A DNA stretch of 64,000 nt from Candidatus Latescibacterota bacterium (GCA_965222075.1 OZ244937.1:3584001-3648000); one strand, 5' to 3'. Positions 49,424-60,320 are shown, counted from the stretch's first letter. Made by a program: numbers and translations. The notes: a model not told the origin generated them from the letters alone.

Positions 49424-50251
49424 ATGAAGACGACGAATGCAGCCACAGATGTCCCGATTCAGGGCGAGCCGAGCCAGGTTCATCCCATGTCTGAGTACGA
49501 GAAATTTCTCTTTGACCTCAAGGGCTTTCTCGTCATTCCAGGTGTGCTCACCGACGAGGAAATTAGAACGGTGCGTAAGCACACGGAAATCCTGTTGAAA
49601 AACCCCGAAAGCCTGCCCGAGCACCACCGGGCGCCAATTGCCGGGCCAGCGGAATTTCTCATCGATCATCCAAGAGTCATGGGGCTCTTGCAGGCGGTGA
49701 TCGACCCAAAGCGTGAGCGCATTCGTCTGGAAAGCGTCTTTATTTCCGGCCGCTCCGTCGAAAACACCGAAAATCCGTGGCGGCCCCATGTGGGCGGGAC
49801 AAACCTCGACCCCTCGCTGTCCTACCGTTTTCACAACGGTCGAATCTACAGCGGGATGACGCGCATTGTCTGGGAACTGAACGAGGTCAAAAAGGGGAAG
49901 GGCGGCACATATCTGGTGCCCGGCTCGCATAAAGCCAATCTGGCTTCGGCCCAGGACGGGACGTGGCCGGAGGAAGCGGATGATCCGGACTCGGGGGTTT
50001 GGGAGACCTATGGATGTCCGCCGGGAAGTCTCATCATGTTCTCAGAAGGCGTGCGGCATTCCGGATCACCCTGGACAAACCCGGACCATCCCCGCCGCGC
50101 TATTCTCATTGCTTACAACCATGTGACGGTTCGGTTCCACGAGCCCAAACCCTGCATGAATCCGGAGGTGATCGGCGGCATGTCCAAAGCGCATCGGAAA
50201 TTCTTCCAGGACGTTTGGGTTCTGGGCAATGTTCGGCCAAAAAATAAGTAA
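49424..50251 (+). CDS. PhyH family dioxygenase-like protein
   Basis: FDLKGFLVIPGVL, VWELNEV..GGTYLVPGSHK, RHSG. Confidence 0.8.
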   Translation: MKTTNAATDVPIQGEPSQVHPMSEYEKFLFDLKGFLVIPGVLTDEEIRTVRKHTEILLKNPESLPEHHRAPIAGPAEFLIDHPRVMGLLQAVIDPKRERIRLESVFISGRSVENTENPWRPHVGGTNLDPSLSYRFHNGRIYSGMTRIVWELNEVKKGKGGTYLVPGSHKANLASAQDGTWPEEADDPDSGVWETYGCPPGSLIMFSEGVRHSGSPWTNPDHPRRAILIAYNHVTVRFHEPKPCMNPEVIGGMSKAHRKFFQDVWVLGNVRPKNK

Positions 50252-50356
50252 GAAACACATAGATGCCTTAAAATCCTACCAGGTATCAGCCATCAATCTG
50301 TCCTCAGAAGAACTGGCAAAGGATCTCTCCGATGCCAGGAATCTGTAGTATCAATA

Positions 50357-51916
50357 GGGTGTAGGTTTTGATTTACGCAGCTTTTTTCAAAAAGAGGGAC
50401 CCCAAATCCGGGTACGAATGTATTTTTGGGTGTAACCACTTAAGCCCAAAACCCGGAAGGGGGTCCCAGATGGAAGATACACAGAATCTGAGTGCTTGTA
50501 TAGCGAAATTGCAAGAAAATGTCCTCCAGTGGGAGCAACACCTGCAGTCGGAGCAATCAGGACCAGAGGCATTCGGCGAGGTGATGGACGAGCTTCGAGC
50601 CTCTTTGGACGACATCGGTCGGGCCGGGTTCCAACACCTGGCGCAGGCCTGTGAGATCGCGGACGAGACGGTGGTAAGTGAGGATCGGGTATACCGATTC
50701 AAGCAAGTGGTCAACAAGGAGTGGATGACCCTGTGGGGCAAGGTTGTGATGCCACGACGGCTGTATCAGCACGATCGGGGCGGAGCAAGCCGGGTGCCTT
50801 TGGATGAGCGCTGCGGCATGGTGAATCGTTTCATGGTGCCAGCGCTGGAGCGCGTGACGGCCTTTCTGGGCGCCCGCCTGGTCCCGTCCGAAGTCGAGGA
50901 CAGCCTGCGTGAAGTGCTGCCCCAGCCGCCTTCCCGCACCGCGATTCAGCACCTGTTGACCACCGTCGGGCAGGGTGCTGAGGACGGCGCCGAAGCGCTG
51001 GAGTGGGCCTTGCAAGAGGCCGCGCCCCTAAATGCGGAGGGCGACACCTTGGTGGTGAGTTGGGACGGCGTCACCGTGCCCCTGCGCGAGCCAGCGCCCA
51101 AACGCGGACGCCCACCCCAACGACCGATGGCCACCCACACCCACACCGTGCCCACCGCTTGGAAGGAGGCGGGTGTGGGCATGGTCGCTACCTACCGGAC
51201 GCCGCTGCATCCAAAGACGGAAGAACCCCAACGCGTCGATGTGCGCTATGCCGCGCGTATGCCCCAAGCCAAGATGGAGACCCTGGTCAACGGCTTGGTG
51301 GACCAGACGGCAAAGGCCTTGAAGCAGGGGGGCTATGACCATCGAGTCGTGTTGGCCGACGGCAAACGAGCGATCTGGCATACTGTGGACCAGCAAAGTG
51401 TGTTCGACGGGTTCACCCGCATTCTGGACTTCTATCACGCGGCGCACCACCTGTCCAAGGCCGCCGAGTCCCTCTTCGGCAAGGCGACGACGAAAGCGGA
51501 TCGCTGGTACCGACGCTGGCGGCACAAATTGCGCCATTTACCCGATGCCATAAAGGGACTGATCCGCTCCCTGTCCTACCACCGCCGCAAACTGCGAAGA
51601 GGTTCGCAACGCTATCGCCAAGCAAGCGTCGAACTGGGCTACTTCCGCAACAACCAGGATAAAATGGAATACGCCCGCTACCATGCCTTGGGGTTGATCA
51701 TTGCCAGTGGCCCTGTGGAGGCCGCTGCCAAGACCCTCGTCGGCCACCGACTCAAACGCAGCGGTATGCGCTGGACGCGCAAGGGAGGCCAGCAGATTCT
51801 CAATCTACGAGTCCTCGTTCAATCGAAACGATGGGATGCTTTCTGGAACTGGTACCTGCTGCAAACCACACCTATAACAATTCACAGAATCGCAGCGTAA
51901 AAACGAGGCTACACCC
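50357..51916 (+). mobile_element. ISKra4-like insertion sequence, complete
   Basis: Imperfect terminal IRs GGGTGTAG..TTTACGC / GCGTAAA..CTACACCC; 9-bp TSD GTATCAATA at 50348-50356 and 51917-51925. Confidence 0.9.
50470..51900 (+). CDS. ISKra4/UPF0236-type DDE transposase
   Basis: SWDG, LADGKRAIW, LDFYHAAHHL, IASGPVEAAAK, RLKRSGMRW. Confidence 0.9.
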   Translation: MEDTQNLSACIAKLQENVLQWEQHLQSEQSGPEAFGEVMDELRASLDDIGRAGFQHLAQACEIADETVVSEDRVYRFKQVVNKEWMTLWGKVVMPRRLYQHDRGGASRVPLDERCGMVNRFMVPALERVTAFLGARLVPSEVEDSLREVLPQPPSRTAIQHLLTTVGQGAEDGAEALEWALQEAAPLNAEGDTLVVSWDGVTVPLREPAPKRGRPPQRPMATHTHTVPTAWKEAGVGMVATYRTPLHPKTEEPQRVDVRYAARMPQAKMETLVNGLVDQTAKALKQGGYDHRVVLADGKRAIWHTVDQQSVFDGFTRILDFYHAAHHLSKAAESLFGKATTKADRWYRRWRHKLRHLPDAIKGLIRSLSYHRRKLRRGSQRYRQASVELGYFRNNQDKMEYARYHALGLIIASGPVEAAAKTLVGHRLKRSGMRWTRKGGQQILNLRVLVQSKRWDAFWNWYLLQTTPITIHRIAA

Positions 51917-51932
51917 GTATCAATACATCCCC

Positions 51933-52282
51933 ACTGCTTGGAAAATAACCTTTCGGTCTCCGTCATCCGCAATCCCGCCCCACCCTTTCCCATGCCTTCG
52001 GCGAGGCCTTTTTCTTGCGCGCCCAAGAAAAAGGCCGAAAAAGAAGGGCGCCGCTCAAGCGCCGCGGGGGCTGCTTTTCCGCGAATTGTCCCTGTGGTGG
52101 AAGCGGAAGCTTCTGCCCTGCGAGCGCTTGGGGATTCACAAGGCGCAGGTGATGGACGGAACCGCGCGGAAAAGCCCCATCCCCCCGCCCCAAAGGCGGG
52201 GGAGGCGAGACGCGGCAACGATTTTCATCATTATGGGTGCCCCAATGGGGGCATGGCAACTGCTTGGAAAATAACCTTTCGG
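51933..52282. repeat. Highly structured ~300-bp non-coding element flanked by 24-bp direct repeats
   Basis: ACTGCTTGGAAAATAACCTTTCGG at 51933-51956 and 52259-52282. Stems at 52005-52036, 52073-83/52165-75 and 52180-52203. Confidence 0.75.
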
Positions 52283-52326
52283 ATACCCAGGTTCAACAGT
52301 TTTTTTACTTCTACCGAATTGACCAA

Positions 52327-52355
52327 TTGACAAACACTCAGTGTTATGTTATATT
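52327..52355 (+). promoter_or_regulatory. hsdM promoter with palindromic operator in the spacer
   Basis: TTGACA-17nt-TATATT with extended TG; AACACT-C-AGTGTT at 52333-52345. Confidence 0.75.
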
Positions 52356-52361
52356 TCAGAC

Positions 52362-54200
<1,839 letters not shown>

Positions 54201-54233
54201 CACGGACACTGACATTCTACGGAGGCAGGAAAA

Positions 54234-54605
54234 ATGGGAGCGACGCACGTAACGGTCAGGATTACGAATCCCGCTGACCCGGACAGGTTCTGGGAGGGGC
54301 TTTTTCTGGTTGACACCGGCGCCACGGATTCCCTGGCGCCCAGGCCGCAACTGGAAGCCATCGGCCTCAAGCCCGAGGGGAAACGCGTGTATGAACTGGC
54401 CGATGGCAGCGAGATCGCAGCGGACGTCGCCGTTGCCAAGATTGAGTTCATGGGCGAGTTCGTCGGCGGGACGATCATCTTCGGCGAGGCTGACGCGGAG
54501 CCGCTTTTGGGCGTGACGGCGCTGGAATCCGTGGGCATTGAAGTGGACCCGCTGAATCAGCGGTTGAAGAGGTTGCCGGCCGTTCGGCTTAAGGGGCTGG
54601 CGTGA
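54234..54605 (+). CDS. Clan AA (retropepsin-like) aspartic protease
   Basis: FLVDTGAT, YELADG, PLLGVTALE; stop codon overlaps the hsdS start (GTGA). Confidence 0.85.
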   Translation: MGATHVTVRITNPADPDRFWEGLFLVDTGATDSLAPRPQLEAIGLKPEGKRVYELADGSEIAADVAVAKIEFMGEFVGGTIIFGEADAEPLLGVTALESVGIEVDPLNQRLKRLPAVRLKGLA

Positions 54606-55834
54606 CGACAAGGGAGACAACCCGCCTTGCGGACCTGTGCGATCTGATCGCGGAGCCGGTCAAACCCGGTGCGCGGCCAGATGCGCTCTATCTTGGCCTT
54701 GAACATCTTGCCTCGGGGCGGCTTGTTCGCATCGGTGGCGGGTCGGCTTCAGACGTGCGAAGCACGGCCTCGGCCTTCCAACCCGGCGACGTCCTGTACG
54801 GCAAGCTCCGGCCTTACCTGGACAAGGCTGTCCTCGCTAAGGAGGCGGGCGTCTGCACGACGGAGTTGCTGATGCTCCGGGCCAAGGAAAACGTGGACCC
54901 GCGGTTTCTTGCCACGGTCGTCCACTCTCCCGGCTTTCTTGATTATGCCGTCGCGGGAACCACGGGCGTCCAGCATCCGAGGACATCGTGGGCACACATA
55001 CGCGACTTTGAACTATCCGCATTTACGCTCGATGAGCAGCGACGTATTGCCGACCTACTTTGGCTTATACACGAGGCAATGAGCCGATCAGAGAGATTGG
55101 TTGAAGAAGGTCAAGACCTCAAACGCGCCGCGATGCGAATGCTGTTCACACGCGGGCTACGGGGCGAGGCGCAGAAGGAAACCGAGATTGGCCCGGTGCC
55201 GGCGAGTTGGAATGCAGAACCCATTGGAATGCTGACAACTATAGTTTATCGATATCCAACCTACTACAGAATCAACTACAAGGTTAGCGGTGTGCCTGAA
55301 GTGCGAGGCGAGTTGCTTAGGGACGGCGGCGAGATCGAAACAGACCTGTCTCTGTTCCGATTCATTGATGCTGAAACGGCATCGCACTTTCCAAAGGTCC
55401 GGCTTGATGCTGGCGACATAGTCATGTCGGTCCGTGGCACAATGGGAAAGGTTGGCATCGTCCGAGAAGCCCATATTGGAGCTGTCATTACTGCCAACCT
55501 TATTCGTCTAGCGCCCGACCGGCGGCGAATATTACCTGAGTTCTTCAAGGCCACCCTCGTTTCCGAGCGTTTCTTCAGATCACTAGAGATGGCTTCTCCA
55601 CAGACTACAATCAAAACCATCACTGCCCCAGTCCTGAAATCATTACGCCTGCCAGTCCCTCCAACACTCGACGAGCAGCGGGAGATTGTGACCATCCTGG
55701 ACGCCATCGGACGCAAGATTGACCTGCACCGCCGAAAGCGCGCCGTGCTGGAGGAGCTTTTCAAGGCACTGCTCCACAAGCTGATGACGGGGGAGGTGCG
55801 GGTGGAGGGTTTCCCTTCACATCGAATCGGGTAG
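54602..55834 (+). CDS. hsdS: Type I R-M specificity subunit
   Basis: Two TRDs with conserved regions (LDEQRRIA, KETEIGPVPASW, PPTLDEQREIV, LLHKLMTGEVRV). Confidence 0.93.
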   Translation: MTTRETTRLADLCDLIAEPVKPGARPDALYLGLEHLASGRLVRIGGGSASDVRSTASAFQPGDVLYGKLRPYLDKAVLAKEAGVCTTELLMLRAKENVDPRFLATVVHSPGFLDYAVAGTTGVQHPRTSWAHIRDFELSAFTLDEQRRIADLLWLIHEAMSRSERLVEEGQDLKRAAMRMLFTRGLRGEAQKETEIGPVPASWNAEPIGMLTTIVYRYPTYYRINYKVSGVPEVRGELLRDGGEIETDLSLFRFIDAETASHFPKVRLDAGDIVMSVRGTMGKVGIVREAHIGAVITANLIRLAPDRRRILPEFFKATLVSERFFRSLEMASPQTTIKTITAPVLKSLRLPVPPTLDEQREIVTILDAIGRKIDLHRRKRAVLEELFKALLHKLMTGEVRVEGFPSHRIG

Positions 55835-55846
55835 AGGGAACCAAAG

Positions 55847-56749
55847 ATGATTCGAAGTCTTTTCGATGTTCCGGGTCTTAAGCCGTACATTAACCCTGGT
55901 GTATGGGGCAAGGGGCTTGGAGGCCCGATACATACCCTTGACATCCCTCCAATAGATGCACAACTGTGGAGGTACATGAACTTTGCCAAATTCGTATCCA
56001 TGCTAGAAACACGGCAGTTGTTTTTCACCAGGGCAGATAAGCTGGACGACCCCTTTGAAGGGGTTTGGTCAGAGCCGACTTTAAGGCAGCTCGATAGCCT
56101 AATTGTGCATGGTGACGACAAGGGGCGTACGGATCCAGTCACCGGAGATAGATACCTGAGTGAGAAGGAGGCAGCTCGTTCGTGGAAACGCATCATAGGT
56201 GGACACTCTCAAGTGAAAAGGCGATTCACGCTCCTAAACTGTTGGCGTGAAGGCGAGCATGAATCGGAGGCAATGTGGAATCAAACTCCCCGGCATGGTG
56301 AAAAGTACGAACTTGCCATCAGATCCGACTTCAAGTCCCTCGCACATAGTTTCCCCAGCCGCAGCCGCCTACCCGACATAGTAGCGAGAGTTCAGTATAT
56401 TCCGTATCAGACCAAAGAAATGCCTCTGGGTCTTGCTGCTCCTTATTTCCATAAGCGCATTGAATTCCAGGACGAGCGCGAAGTGAGGGCAATTATGTCC
56501 GCCACCCCATATGTACCAGATCCTGCCCATCCCGATCGTGATGACGTGATGGTTCCGGATTACTCAAAAGACGTTTGCGATGTCGGTCTCGGTTACGAAG
56601 TCAACCCTGCTGATTTGATTCACGAGGTGGTTATCAGTCCTCATGCTCAGTCTTGGCTTTCTGAGCTGGTAGTGAGAGTAATAGAGCGGTATGGGCTTAA
56701 AATCCCCGTTAGCCAATCGCAACTCCTTGGGATCCCTCGTTGGAAATGA
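55847..56749 (+). CDS. DUF2971-like protein
   Basis: LWRYMNFAKF, DDPFEG, NCW..ESEAMW, KRIEFQDEREVR, EVVISP; lower GC. Confidence 0.7.
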   Translation: MIRSLFDVPGLKPYINPGVWGKGLGGPIHTLDIPPIDAQLWRYMNFAKFVSMLETRQLFFTRADKLDDPFEGVWSEPTLRQLDSLIVHGDDKGRTDPVTGDRYLSEKEAARSWKRIIGGHSQVKRRFTLLNCWREGEHESEAMWNQTPRHGEKYELAIRSDFKSLAHSFPSRSRLPDIVARVQYIPYQTKEMPLGLAAPYFHKRIEFQDEREVRAIMSATPYVPDPAHPDRDDVMVPDYSKDVCDVGLGYEVNPADLIHEVVISPHAQSWLSELVVRVIERYGLKIPVSQSQLLGIPRWK

Positions 56750-56927
56750 ATATTGAGTCCCCTCCGAAAACGGGGGATATAAAAGCCTGGTGTAAGTGGT
56801 CAGGGTTGGATATTGTGATTTAGCGTGTGGCGACGATATAACGTGTAGGTGCGGCATATCAACTCAGGGTCAACCTACGGAGTTGTTCAGGCCTATGGTA
56901 TGGAGGTTTTTCGCAAGAAAACCCCTC

Positions 56928-58481
56928 TTATGCGGGGAGCATCGGGGGTGTTGTGAGGTAATTCTTGATCCGAACCAGGTTGACCCATAGGCCACGACAC
57001 CGCGCCCACAATTGGTGTGGCCTCAGTCCGCGATAGCGCGTCTTGCCATCTTTGGTGTAGTAGCTCAACTGAAAGATGCTGGCTTCGACGTTATTGCGTC
57101 GGTTTCTGATGTGGTCAGGCAGGGCTTCAATCTGTTTGCGTTTGAGGTAATTGTCGATGTGCTGTTCTTTAAAGTATCGGGGTTTGCCATCCATGATGAT
57201 TTTGTATTTTCCCGGTTTGTATTCTTGGGCTATGTGAACCTCTCCGGTTTGTTGATCAATGACGGTGACGCCGTCTTCTGTGCGTTCATAAATGAAACGT
57301 CCTGGGGTTCCTTGCAGGCCACTGTAATAGAATTGCTTGTCCTGTTCTTTTGCATACTCGGCGTTGGATTGATCATTATAGGCCCCATCCATTGACACTT
57401 CCAAGACGTCACCCACCACCTGTTGCGTCCGCTCGATGGCCGCTTGGACAAACGCATTGTCGGGCGTCGTCGCCGGTTTGACGTCAACGTCCGTGATCAA
57501 ATTGAGGCCGTCCTCACCACAGGTCTCGGTGAGGTTGACACTGTATCCTTTCACCTTGTCCTTCCCTTTCCTGCGAAAGGCCGCCTCTTCATCATCGGCA
57601 GACTGCAAGGAGGATGAGGAGATCTCTTCAGGAGGCTTCGGAAGCACCTGTTTGGAGGACGATAAAACGGTATATTGATCCCCCATAACACGCACGATCA
57701 GACCATAGTGACCGCTGTCTTTGTCGGTATAGGTCGCTTGAAGCCTGCTCAATAACTGCCCGAATTCCTGCAGCTTCTCACACTTTTCAACGCGGGTGAG
57801 ACCATAGACAACCTGATGCGCCTTCACCTTGAGCAATCCGTCCAAAACCTGCTGATTTTTTGCCGATAATCGTCGCTTTTGGGACTTGTCCAACGACCCC
57901 CAGAACGCTTGTAAGCAACTCACCACCAACTGCAACCGACAACAAAGGGCAATGTTCGAGCCGATCAACTTACTGTCCATTCGGATGTGCTGACCCAATA
58001 CACCAAAGGCGTTGGCCTGCGTCCTGGTTAAGCTGGAAAAGGTCTCTCCAATCAGATCTCGACCGGCTTCGAGTTGATCCGCATACAATGCCTGCTTGAA
58101 CAAATAATACGTGGACTCCGCAGGCACTTCATCGCATAGATTCATCAACCCCAATGCCCGCATCACCAGGATGTTGAACCGACAATGCTCGAATAGTCCT
58201 GTCTGCGTGCGACGCACAGGCAGGTGGGCATCGCTCCACCCAAAGCCCTCCTTCAAGATCATCATCGACACCAGTTGACGAATCGGCGCATTGGGGCGGC
58301 CTTGGTTGGGATCAAACAACACCGAAAACACATCCTCATCTATCTTTGAGGTGACGTGCTGGTAAAACAGATTATGCCACGACTTCGGATCATTCAACTG
58401 GTCCTGCTTGCGCCTCTTGAAATGCGACTCGAAGCCCGAAAACAGATCCGGTTGGCTGCATGACGCGCTTCTCTTATACAT
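56928..58481 (-). CDS. DDE transposase with a 9-aa in-frame insert (LPVRRTQTG)
   Basis: GRPNAP, RMDSKLIGSNI, MDGAY, RNNVEASIF. Confidence 0.88.
   Translation of the reverse strand: MYKRSASCSQPDLFSGFESHFKRRKQDQLNDPKSWHNLFYQHVTSKIDEDVFSVLFDPNQGRPNAPIRQLVSMMILKEGFGWSDAHLPVRRTQTGLFEHCRFNILVMRALGLMNLCDEVPAESTYYLFKQALYADQLEAGRDLIGETFSSLTRTQANAFGVLGQHIRMDSKLIGSNIALCCRLQLVVSCLQAFWGSLDKSQKRRLSAKNQQVLDGLLKVKAHQVVYGLTRVEKCEKLQEFGQLLSRLQATYTDKDSGHYGLIVRVMGDQYTVLSSSKQVLPKPPEEISSSSLQSADDEEAAFRRKGKDKVKGYSVNLTETCGEDGLNLITDVDVKPATTPDNAFVQAAIERTQQVVGDVLEVSMDGAYNDQSNAEYAKEQDKQFYYSGLQGTPGRFIYERTEDGVTVIDQQTGEVHIAQEYKPGKYKIIMDGKPRYFKEQHIDNYLKRKQIEALPDHIRNRRNNVEASIFQLSYYTKDGKTRYRGLRPHQLWARCRGLWVNLVRIKNYLTTPPMLPA
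58198..58224 (-). mobile_element. 27-bp palindromic insertion element, copy 2
   Basis: Identical to copy 1; excision turns WSDAH-LPVRRTQTG-LFE into WSDAQLFE. Confidence 0.9.
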
Positions 58482-58743
58482 CGATACTGTACCCTCGCTT
58501 TTTCCTTTTTACATCCGCAACTTTGAAACCTTTTCTCTCTTGGAATTTAATACTTTTTCCTCAATAAGTAAACTCGACTTTTCGGAGTGGACTCAATATT
58601 GGGTACCTAAGCTTGGAGTTTGAGAGGCCGCAGCGCCTGTTTTGCGTCACTCAGTTCCGGGGAACCAAAATGGATGGCGTTTCTGGCATACCGCCCGTTC
58701 AACTTCGCGCGGATCGACGAGTCACACCATGCTGGATCATGAA

Positions 58744-58840
58744 GTGAGACCCGACGACATCTCAGCACTGTTCGCGGCCGGCGAGTACGAGACGCTGGAG
58801 TTCAAGGCCACGACCGAGACGCGTCGCGAGGCTACCATGA
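58744..58840 (+). pseudogene. N-terminal stub of an AlbA_2/Schlafen-domain protein
   Basis: MRPDDISALFAAGEYETLEFKATTETRREA. Confidence 0.6.
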
Positions 58841-59116
58841 GTGATGTATAACGTTTCTGTTGGTTCTGGCCAAGTCTTAGGATCAGACAACTTGAACTTG
58901 GCGCCGTGTATTGGAGGACGTCCCCATCCTCGATAGGGGGGTGGGGGTCCCCAAAGACATCGATTGGGACGGATACGGATGACCTGATCGGCGTCAATAT
59001 CGGCCGTGGTTTCCACGAAAGGGGCACAGCCATATTCTGAGTCCCACAAGCTGATGGGACGACCCTTCACCGCTTTTGACACCCGACGGAGTTGGTCCGC
59101 GCCTTTCTTTATCGGA

Positions 59117-59143
59117 CCTGTCTGCGTGCAACGCACAGGCAGG
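59117..59143 (-). mobile_element. 27-bp palindromic insertion element, copy 3 (one substitution)
   Basis: CCTGCCTGTGCGTTGCACGCAGACAGG; excision gives STTDPIKK. Confidence 0.88.
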
Positions 59144-59449
59144 TCGGTTGTGCTTTGGATGCGCTCATGTAATAAAGGCAGCGCAAAGCTTCGCTCCTCA
59201 TCGGGAAGAAAGGCGAGGGTGCTGTAGCCTTGCCCAATCGTAATGGGCTTGTTGCCCCATATCGGGGTGGGATGATGCTCAATGGTTCGGTCGCGTAAAG
59301 TCCGCGCTGACAATCGCGGCCAAGCCGTGTGATCTCCCACAAAAAGGGGACGATCATCTACTTTTATCTCATCAGCATAAAGCTTCAACAACGCGTTTTG
59401 GTCTGGACGACCATCTTGAAGGGCTTCATAGACACTTGGCCACTGCCGA

Positions 59450-59474
59450 CCTGCCTGTGCTGAAGGCAGACAGG
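59450..59474 (+). mobile_element. 25-bp variant of the palindromic element, copy 4
   Basis: CCTGCCTGTGCTGAAGGCAGACAGG; excision fuses the two transposase ORFs as PVFRRQWPSVYE. Confidence 0.85.
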
Positions 59475-59978
59475 CGAAAAACTGGAGCAAGGGATAGCTC
59501 GGCAAAGCTATTGGCCGATGGGGTTAACAACACTGCGTCGAGCAGATCAAACAGCGCATCTTTGGCTGTGCCTAATCCTTCATAGGCGGTTTGACGAAAG
59601 GCGCTCAGCCGCTCATACTGTTTTCCAAAAACCGGATCTGAGATCGCACAGGCATCTTGAATATACTTGACTTCCGAGGGGTCTGACGATAGCTTTCTCA
59701 TCGTGGGCTCCTTAGTAGAATACAGACTCTTTAGCGAAAGGCTGTATTCAATTTACTTTGGAGCCCCTTCTATTTCAACTCTTTTAGTCTAAACACGAGT
59801 GTCATAGCAATAGCACGAAACGAAGCGCGACAGCGATCTATCACCGCGCTGGACACAGGTTCTGCCCGAGGACGCGCTACAAGCACCGACAAAACTCAAC
59901 CGGCGAATCGGAAACGCTGGCATTCAAGGCAACAAGGCCGACGCCCCGCCGCGAAGGGACCGAACGAGAGGCAAGCAA

Positions 59979-60317
59979 TTGCGGCTGCCCAATGCACATC
60001 TGACCTGGATCGATCAGGAGAAGATTTCGGACTACCTGCTATCGTCCACAAATCCACGTGGCAAGGCCAAGGCGGATTTTTTCTTGAGCTTCGGGTTCAG
60101 CCTGGCTCGCTGGGAGCAGCTTGCGGAAGCATTGAGACGTCACGCGACGTCCCATGCGGTCGCCCGAGTTGTGGAGACCGCATACGGCCCTCGCTATCAT
60201 GTTGATGGCGAAATAGAGACTCCAGACGGGCGCAATCCGCTTGTGAGAACTGTCTGGCAGATTGACCTTGGGAGCGATTATCCCAGGTTCATTACGGCGC
60301 ACCCATACAGGAGCTGA
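59979..60317 (+). CDS. DUF6883-like protein
   Basis: KISDYLLS..GKAKADFF, TPDGRNPLVRTVW, PRFITAHP. Confidence 0.75.
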   Translation: MRLPNAHLTWIDQEKISDYLLSSTNPRGKAKADFFLSFGFSLARWEQLAEALRRHATSHAVARVVETAYGPRYHVDGEIETPDGRNPLVRTVWQIDLGSDYPRFITAHPYRS

Positions 60318-60320
60318 GAA

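Larger units (their letters stand above)
56755..58594 (-). mobile_element. IS5/IS1182-like insertion sequence, complete
   Basis: 16-bp IRs GAGTCC(C/A)CTCCGAAAA; AATATT on both sides (56749-54, 58595-600). Confidence 0.85.
58843..59701 (-). pseudogene. IS701-like DDE transposase, 3'-truncated and frameshifted by a 25-bp insert
   Basis: AKDALFDLLDAVL..ELSLAPVF / QWPSVYEALQDG..DHTAWPR..LWDSEYG..GRPPIHG. Probable element end near 59800. Confidence 0.8.

Noticed and set aside
52327-52354. TTATGTTATAT resembling the XerD arm of a dif site
   Set aside because: No XerC-like arm at the right spacing; better explained as the extended -10 of the hsdM promoter.
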